Shown: one piece after another, positions 55,215 through 64,000 of the stretch | How positions within the stretch are numbered: the stretch's first letter is position 1 | How the letters are laid out: the number at the start of each line of letters is the position of its first letter | NCBI GenBank assembly: GCA_951406725.2 | Contig: OX597815.1 | Span: forward strand, 201,686,001 to 201,750,000 | DNA from: Octopus vulgaris | Lineage: Eukaryota | DNA: 64,000 bases | Direction of reading: 5' to 3' | Notes under the pieces: model-generated | The model's input: the letters and a program-made list of their open reading frames with translations, nothing else | The model's database searches: none | Told to the model about the DNA's origin: nothing | Position numbers and translations under genes: made by a program

Positions 55215-56050
55215 TATTCACGTGGAATAACAACAGAGAACTTTGCCCGTTACAGAATCCGCATGAGCTACTAAGAGGTTTTGCTAGCTCATCTATATCC
55301 ATCGCAATGCTGGAAACGCTTCCGCATCGTCACTAGTTATCTCTTAGTCCCATGCGTTTTGACCCTTAGGCTGTATCCTTTGTCTAAATGGTGCGAAGAG
55401 TACAGAACTAGTTTTCTATTACTGAAGTGTATGACTCTTACCAAGTTTAGCCAACTTTGGAATATTTTATCTGCCGTGTCTAACTCTTCGATGGTTTCTT
55501 TAGTTGACAAGTCTACCTTTAGGTCCATTTCTATCTCCTAGTCTGAAACTGAATTTAGGATAAGAAAATGGGTACTCTACCATTGCATTCGTCTTGTGGG
55601 CCTCTTGTTCCCTAAGGAATAATTCCCTTTGATTGGGAGGAAGTATAGTGTTTTAGCTTTCACATTTTGAATACTTCATGATTTCCTCCAGAACCTTGTC
55701 ATGTCTATACTGGTATCGGCCTTCAGCCATTGTCCTATGGTATCTGGTCAGAAAGCGTTTCAAGTTGCAAAGAGTTGCAACACAATATTTGCAAGATGGA
55801 TCTTGTTTCCTCTTATCTTCAGATTATCTAGGATTGACAAAAGGTCAACGACGGCACAAAAGCAGAAGGGAAATCTATACTAGTTAGTGCCTTACAATAC
55901 AATTCCTTCCATGAATGTAGGCTTTCGAGTGCCTGGCCTCATTGTATCCATTAAGGCATTGATCAAAACCTACTACTTTCACTCAAAGATCCGTCTTTGT
56001 TGAATCATGCAAATTTAACACTGTCAGCTCTGTCTTGGTCCTGGCATTGA
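55215..56050 (-). mobile_element. Decayed HERO/NeSL-like RLE LINE 3' region
   Basis: Reverse translation DPSCKYC...AEGRYQYRHDKVLE resembles the CCHC/GRYxWRHD motif; LKVDL and SWL downstream. Confidence 0.65.
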
Positions 56051-57079
56051 TATTTTACAAATCTTGATGTTGTAGCCGCCAACGTCTAACTATCCTTTAC
56101 ACACTACTTCAACATTCTTCTTGGGTTTCCTATATGTCTCCATTTTCTCCACAACTATTTGGGGCCTCCATTTTCTGCCACTATTTATGGATTTGCTTGT
56201 ATGTGACATTTTTATCTTCAGATAGAAGCATTTGCCTTGAATTGCAGTAGCATTGTACGTATATATACGTATTAACGTTTGTTTTTACGTAGCTGTAGCA
56301 AACGTCCTAAAAATCTATCTCCTATAGACGTTTAGTGCCAAATAGCACAGATTAAATCGTAGACAAAATTCCGTAAGCACTAAACATCTATATAAAATGT
56401 ATTCTCAGATAGAGAATTCTCCAAGTGAAGTTAGACTCGCAAATTAATATTAGTCACAAACACTGCTTCCGTCACTGATAGCTAATATATCATGTATGTG
56501 TGGTATTGTGTATGTATATTTATATGCATGTGTGCTTTTGTGTGTGTGTGTGTGCACGTATGCGTTCGTGTGTGTACGCGTGTGTGTGTATATCTGTGTG
56601 CGGGTTTATTTTTTTGTGCCAACAGTATGATAAATGTAGTACTTGGAAAGAAGGAGCATATTATAATCTATCGTTTCCTTTCTTTAGACATTGAAACACT
56701 CTTCAAAACAATTTCCTATATACAAATTTCCCTTAGAAGAGAATTTTTATAATGTTCCAAGTTGTAAACTGTCAAACATTAACAACGACCTACTGTTCAG
56801 TTAGTTACTCATCTCCATATATGTGTTCAAGTTTTAAAAGTCTCTAATTCTACAAAACTACAGCAGTTCAACTGAGTAACAGTATGAGCTGTAACCTATG
56901 ATAATCTATTACTCTACTAATAAAATATATACCATAGGTCGCTGAAAATGTTCTGGTTTTAAAGTGTGTCGTGGAAGGCCACGTTAAAGGTCCACCAATC
57001 CGAGTTCTTTGAAAGAGTTTAGAAAAACTGATCCTCCTGTATTTTCTTTTACCCAAAGCCAGGGACTTTACAGTACTAC

Positions 57080-57118
<39 letters not shown>

Positions 57119-57123
<5 letters not shown>

Positions 57124-57323
57124 ATCCAAACATGAAAACACAAAGACAAAACACAACAACGCGAGGACGTGGAACAAATATAGTATTATTGGACGCTCAG
57201 GGAAGAAAGAAAGAAGGAGGGTTTAACGTTTCGAGCGGAACTCTTCGTCGGAAAGATAGGAAAAGGAAAGATCCAAAGAAGGGAAGACGGAGGAAAAATT
57301 ATCGCCAACGGTACACACGCGGT

Positions 57324-57327
<4 letters not shown>
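57119..57327 (-). mobile_element. Hammerhead-bearing element, subfamily 1, second copy (core CCGACGA)
   Basis: Collinear with 42038..42253; motif at 57221..57255; TA tracts on both sides. Confidence 0.88.
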
Positions 57328-57370
<43 letters not shown>

Positions 57371-57482
57371 GTGTGCATATATACAGATATATATATATAC
57401 ATACATATGTGTGTATGTATATCAAAATCTATATATGCGTGTGCATGTGTATGTAAGTATATAAGTTTTCAACTAAAGAACT

Positions 57483-57521
<39 letters not shown>

Positions 57522-57897
57522 GATTTCTTTCAATATTCGTCACTCAACGCGTACAGTCACTCTCGATTTTTCGATATTTCTTATACAATTGATTTACCAT
57601 TATATATAATGCATACTTCCAACAATACTTTCTTTTGAAATATATTTTCTTATTAATCACATAATAGTAAATAGTTTATAAGGTTTTACATAATACAACT
57701 ATTTCATTTGTATCGTTAATCAAATTGTTATCCTTCAAGATTCGCACCAATGAACACTCAGAAAGATATCCATATATGAATACATGCATGTAAGGCCCAC
57801 TCATATATACATACACACACACATATATAAATATATATGTATAGATAGATACACTCATATATATGCATTTATATATATACGTATATATATATATATA

Positions 57898-57941
<44 letters not shown>

Positions 57942-57945
<4 letters not shown>

Positions 57946-58087
57946 CTTGATCACTTTGACCGACCAGTCCGTCAGGCGTCCATTTGACACCGCTGGTCGC
58001 ATGCTGTCCACTCCTCTCTGGATCGCGCCTTTCTCATCCACGTGATCCCAATCGTCCCCGAAATGTGTCGTGGAGTTTCCGTGTCGC

Positions 58088-58090
<3 letters not shown>
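57942..58090 (-). mobile_element. RTE-like LINE extreme 3' end
   Basis: Translation ITWMRKARSREEW...* resembles the RTE WxxxAxxRxxW terminus; tail ggtcggtcaaagtgatcaaggtga. Confidence 0.7.
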
Positions 58091-58119
<29 letters not shown>

Positions 58120-58147
58120 AAAAAAAAAAATATATGTAACACACACA

Positions 58148-58224
<77 letters not shown>

Positions 58225-58267
58225 GCATATATATATATACATGCATATTTGTATATATATATATATA

Positions 58268-60273
58268 CGGAAACTGCACTCAAACTTTCCTATGAGAAGG
58301 AGAGGGCAGAGAGAGAAGCCAGGGCCATAGAGAATATTAAAACAAACCCTAAAGCCTTCTTTAAATTTGCGAAAGAAACCACCTCGGTACACTGCAAGAT
58401 TGGCCCACTCTTTGATAAAAAGGGCTCTCTAACTGAGGACCCCCAAGGGATAAGTGAAATACTAAAGGAACAGTATAAAAGTGTGTTCACATCCCCTCTG
58501 GGGCACATGCAAATCACAAACCCAGAAGTTTTCTTTGATGCCACAACACTCCAAAACCAAACAACAACCATCGACCACATAGACATAACAGAGAGGGATG
58601 TAATATCTGCCATAGAAGAAATGAGAATAAACTCAGCTGCTGGACCAGATGGATTCCCAGCAGTCCTCCTAAAAACATGCAGACATGCCCTAGCGGGACC
58701 ACTGAAGGAGCTCTTCAGTGGTTCCTTGGCTAACGGTAAACTTCCCAGGGCGCTAAAAGAAGGCACCATATGCCCTATCCACAAAGGAGGGAGTAGAGCA
58801 GAGGCCAAAAACTACAGGCCAGTCTCCCTGACGTCACACATAAGTAAGGTCATGGAACGAATCATCAGAAAAAAACTGATCACGTTCCTCGAAGAAACTA
58901 ACCGTCTCACTGACACACAGCATGGCTTTCGCCCATGAAGAAGCTGCCTTACGCAGCTGTTACAACACTACGACTGGGTACTGAAACAACTACTGGATCG
59001 CTCACAGGTGGATGTGGTATATCTCGACTTTGCGAAGGCCTTTGACAAAGTCGACCACGGAGTGATATGTCACAAATTACTCAGACTCGGCATAACAGGA
59101 AAAGTAGGTGAGTGGATACATGACTTCCTGAAGGACAGAAGCCAGATGGTTGCAGCCAATGGAGCCCTCTCGGGAAAGACACCAATAGCAAGCGGGGTGC
59201 CACAGGGCACAGTCTTGGGACCCTTGCTGTTTTTGGTGGCGCTCTCTGACATGCCCTTGGTAGCACAAACAACATCCCTCACTAGCTATGCTGATGACAC
59301 AAAGGTAGCACAGGCAATCAAAAACCCAGCTGATGCTGACCTTTTACAACAAGATCTGGATGCCATATACAAATGGGCTGAAGACAACAACATGCAATTT
59401 AATGCTGGTAAATTTCAAGCCTTACAATATCAAGCTGTAAACACATATACATTACAACACAACTATACTGGTCCAGGAGGGATCGAAATCCCAGTATCGA
59501 AATCAATACGGGACCTGGGGATAGACATGAGTGACGATGCATCTTTTTCTTCACACATCGCGAAGATGGCGACAATGTGCAGACGACTCACTGGCTGGAT
59601 CCTGAGGACATTCCGGACAAGAGACTGCGAGACCATGTTGACACTATGGAGGACATTTGTCCTAAGCCGCCTGGACTACTGCTCCCAACTGTGGTCACCG
59701 CATAGTGTCAAACGAACCACAGAGCTTGAGACAATCCAAAGACATTTCACCGAGAGGATTTCCACCATGAAAGAAAAGAACTATTGGGAGAGGCTTAGGG
59801 AACTCAATTTGTACTCCTTGGAACGAAGACGAGAGAGATATGCAGTGATATACATATGGAAAATCCTGGAGGGACTAGCACCAAATTTTGGAATTGAGAG
59901 CTGTTCCAATCCCCGTACAGGACGTCACTGTGTGGTGCCAAAGGTCCCGTCTTCCACATCCAGGGTAAGGAGCAGATACTGTAATGGCCTGGGGTTCAGG
60001 GGCCCTCAGCTGTTTAACAAACTGCCAAGAAAACTAAGAGATCTACATGATGTGGATGTGGACATTTTCAAAAAACATCTAGACAAGCTGCTTTCCGGGA
60101 TCCCAGATGAACCCACTGCAAGGTACGAAGGTAACCTCAGGGCAGCAGCTACAAACTCTCTCTTAGATCAGTGGCCAGCCACGGCAAACTGGACTTAGAG
60201 AGGGTAGCAACAAGGGCGGTGCCCCAGCATGGCCTCAGCCGGATGGCTGAAACAAGTAAAAGAGTAAAAGAGT
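58268..60273 (+). mobile_element. 5'-truncated CR1-group LINE family B; RT with one in-frame nonsense codon (TGA 58936-58938)
   Basis: AAGPDG, NYRPVSLTS, QHGFRP*RSC, YLDFAKAFDKV, GVPQGTVLGP, YADDTK; ORFs 58042 and 59008 are in the same frame. Confidence 0.97.
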
Positions 60274-60344
60274 ATATAGTAAACTTAGATAACTTAGATC
60301 TAAGTTATATCTTATATTTATGGTATATTTTACATGCTGTTCAA

Positions 60345-60700
60345 AAAGTCCAGCTGCAGGGAAAGTCTTTCATCCTGCGCATCACCATGGCGCTAGTTCA
60401 AGAGCTTTTCGGTGAACGGATTAGTTTGAAGGGACTTTGGCCACCGATTGCACCAGATTTAACACTGCCACACTTTTTTTTTGGGCTGGGGAACAATTAA
60501 AGACTGAGTGTACAAGAATCGCCCGAAAACCATTTAATACTTACTGCTAAGAGACATTTTGAACACCCGATATTATATTATAATATAAATAAGTTGTTAA
60601 ATTGTGAATTGTATTTCTCTATTTAATTCATGGTTTCCAATTTGTATTTGTACCCATATTTCTGTGGTATTCAACTGACGTACCAGCGAGTTGTATATCT
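60345..60700 (+). mobile_element. Tc1/mariner-superfamily transposase C-terminal relic
   Basis: ELFGERIS..GLWPPIAPDLT..FF.. resembles WPPRSPDLTPxDFFLWG; followed by VYKNRPKT. Confidence 0.78.
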
Positions 60701-60823
60701 TATACCCCACTGAACAAATTTTTTCCTTCGTTTATTACATTATAATATATATACGTACATACATGTTTATACATATACAAATATATTCATATATGCATAT
60801 ACATTTATATACGTACATATATA

Positions 60824-60895
<72 letters not shown>

Positions 60896-61037
60896 GCTAT
60901 ACATACATATATGGACATACATATAAGTGTGAGTGGAAGCAAAAAAAAGCATATTAATGTGAAACAAGGTTGGAAAACGCAGTACTCGAATATGCTATAT
61001 TATTTTTTAAACCGGCAAAAATCTTTATGCAGTTTTG

Positions 61038-61152
<115 letters not shown>

Positions 61153-61428
61153 GTGTATGTGTGTGTGTGTGTGTCCTGTTCTAATTTTCTTACATTCTAT
61201 GTTTTTGTTCAGCGGAAGATTGCTCTATATTTTAAATTGATATAATGAAATGATTGCGTTCTTCAAGTAAATGGAGTTACATGAAACGATCGCACTGCGT
61301 TACCTCTGCATATCCTTGTTGTTATTTTGATTTTAATCATCTTATTTGGAAATTGTATTGATAATACCGTACTAAATTCTGGTTCCTCAATTTAAGTACC
61401 ATTCTCATCTAAATCTCTCTCACTCCCT

Positions 61429-61484
<56 letters not shown>

Positions 61485-61870
61485 CGAAATATAATAAAAG
61501 GCTTCCAAATAAGGAAGCGTAGTGCTAGAAATACAAAAAGGGATAAATTCATGAAAGAAATGAAAATTAAAAACATTTACCATTACAGCTATATCCCAGA
61601 CTGATCAGTTTCTACCTATTTCTAGCAAACAAACATAATATATTTGCCAAGGCAAAGTTCTTCAGTGGGGAACCTTCTTAATCCTAGATGCACAGACTGT
61701 TAGAAGCACGTAGATCTACACGTGTTTCTAACATATATTCCGTTTGTTTGCTAGAAATAGGTAGAAACTGATCAGTCTGGGATATAGCTGTAATGGTAAA
61801 TATTTTTAATTTTCATTTAGTGTTTCTAGCACTACGCTTCCTTATTTGGAAGCCTTTTATTATATTTCTA
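61485..61870. repeat. Inverted repeat directly upstream of the Penelope-like element
   Basis: gaaatataataaaaggcttccaaataaggaagcgtagtgctagaaa...ctagcaaacaaac mirrored at 61742-61868. Confidence 0.92.
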
Positions 61871-61979
61871 TATGAATAATATATTGTCTAATGAATAATT
61901 CGTATTTTGTGCTAGGCCACTGGTAATAATAATTTATTTTATTACCCTATTTGATTATGTCTATATATATATATATGCA

Positions 61980-64000
61980 TATGAAACCGAACCTCAAAAA
62001 CAGGACAATCAGAGAAACACAGTTCTATGTCCACCAACCCCTAACTACAGAAATATACCTACAGGTGAGGAGGGGAAGAGAGAACCTGAAAAGAGAAGTG
62101 CACAATTAATTCAGGACAGAAAACTATCATATCTTGCAATCCACAATTTGATGCACAGACTCCAGGGAGACTATATCCTACAATCAAATATATGGCAATA
62201 ACTTTTGGCAAAACCAACAAAATGATGAATATCTAAATATGCAGGAACCTTAACTACCACATTTTAAGAAACACCAAGGATACAATAATTACAGATTATT
62301 GTAATCCTAAAACCATTTTTTAAGCATAGACCAGAAACACGAGGAAAGAAGCTACATTCCAAACAAGAGAAATAAAAATGATCAATTTTTTACGACTAAT
62401 ATATTTATAAACAAATATACTTTGAAAGTGACTACATTTCACACAACCACCTCTAAAATCAAATAAATGAAAATTAAATTAAATTGAATCGAAAATCATA
62501 TTAAAGATAACGTTGCAGAAAACTGCAGAAAACTAAGATTAGCAGAACTGTTTTTGATGTAAGTGGTGAAGATGAAAATATAAGTAAAAGCAAAACATAT
62601 CTCTATGCTGGACGAGGACGAAATACAACTCTTGACTAATTTTGTGTGTATATTTGAAACTTCCCTATAATAGAACGGGAAACAACAAATCAAGTCTCTT
62701 TCCAATAGACAATAATTGACCAACTTAACAGATTTACAATTGGACAAAAAATAACAATAAAAGAAGCTGATAAAGAGGTCGGTTGTTGTTATGGCTACAG
62801 ATTACAACAAGAAATCAATATATGATAGTAGTGACAATGAAAATCACGTAAGTACAAAACTACGAAATCTATGAACTACTTAGCATCCTACTCCATATAT
62901 GCTAAAGAACTGGACTACCTTACAAACTTCAAATATAAAGCAAACAAATTCTATGGACTACCTAAAATACATGAAAATGAATTAATAAATGAACATATGT
63001 ATGAGCAAACAACCAGTTTCGTGAATATCCCAGCACTATCAGATCTTCAGTTGAGCCTCATTGTAGAAACCCATCGTTTTAACCCCAACCCCGTAAGTAT
63101 TATACTAGACAATCTGATAAAACCCCTCCTCAAACATATAAAGAGCATTCTACTATATAATTTGAACATTCTCAACCTCGACCTAACACAATAAACGAAA
63201 TCGCCTATATAGTCACATTATAGTCACCTTTGATGTTCTGAATCTACTTACCAGCATTCCTCGCAATTAGGGAAATAAAGTTATAGAATATTGGTTAAGC
63301 GCATTTCTACATGTAATACCAGAACGCAGGGAGAGATAAATTATTGATGTTTCAGTTGTTATCATAGGTAAAATTTACTATAAGTATTTGATATTGGATA
63401 TGTTACGTGATAATGGCTAAAATTACTAAAAGAATTTAATCTTGCATATGGCACGTGAAAGTATTTACAATGAATTCATATTCAATAACACAGCTTATCG
63501 ATAAAATTCAAAAACGGCCATGGCAAAACAGCCATGGTAAAAATGTTGCCCACACGTATGCCAACTCGTCATGGTATATCATGAAATAAAAATCTATGAA
63601 ATATCCATCGTAATTTTTCGAGTAGAGTTATGTTTTTAGAAATAAAAAGAAAATTAGAAGAGGTTTCTAGATGGTTGTTTAATTTAATGGCTGTAAATTC
63701 CTAACTTATATCGTCACATTCAATTCATCTTAGAAATCAGTAACGATAAACAGTCAGCCTTAGACATTCTAATAATAAAAGACATTTTTACTCGAAATCC
63801 TCTTTTGTTTATAACTACCGAATCATGACAATACCTCTTCTTGATCTCATGTAAGGCAAACCACACAAGAAGTAACAACCAAATCAGTTTAACCAATAGC
63901 TGGAATAAGAAAACATAGTAAAAATGGAGTGAAAAAATACCTATCTCAGGAAAATACCTAATTGAGCTGGGTGAGTTTGTTATTCAGGAAACAAAGCATA
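61980..64000 (+). mobile_element. Decayed Penelope-like retroelement RT; runs off the window
   Basis: IKEADK..VVVM, FYGLPKIH, ILDNLIKPLL, VTFDV, TAM..TYAN, RFLDGC, LDILIIK in the expected order, with stops and frameshifts. Confidence 0.88.

Noticed and set aside
58290-58808. 172-aa minus-strand ORF
   Set aside because: Antisense shadow of the LINE RT reading frame

Overview
AT-rich, microsatellite-saturated animal genomic DNA, not prokaryotic. The repeat complement (tRNA-derived SINEs with GTAAAAGA tails, Nin/CORE-like modules, abundant (TA)n/(CA)n) suggests an octopus or other coleoid cephalopod; this is inferred from recalled repeat families, not a database search. Most track ORFs are microsatellite translations. 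Real coding signal is almost all transposon-derived: two CR1/L2-group LINE families (one RT nearly intact), Penelope-like RT and GIY-YIG relics, Helitron Rep/helicase relics and a non-autonomous Helitron, Tc1/mariner relics, and RTE, HERO-like and Dong/R4-like scraps. There are three tRNA-SINE families, a palindromic 851-bp MITE with telomeric repeats, many fold-back hairpins and a 1.3-kb tandem duplication. Main observations: (1) short non-coding elements in (TA)n tracts carry minimal type I hammerhead ribozyme motifs, one with a 24-bp target duplication; (2) two LINE/SINE pairs share 3' tails; (3) a tentative three-exon 51-aa ORF. All alignments were made by eye, so boundaries of decayed elements are approximate.
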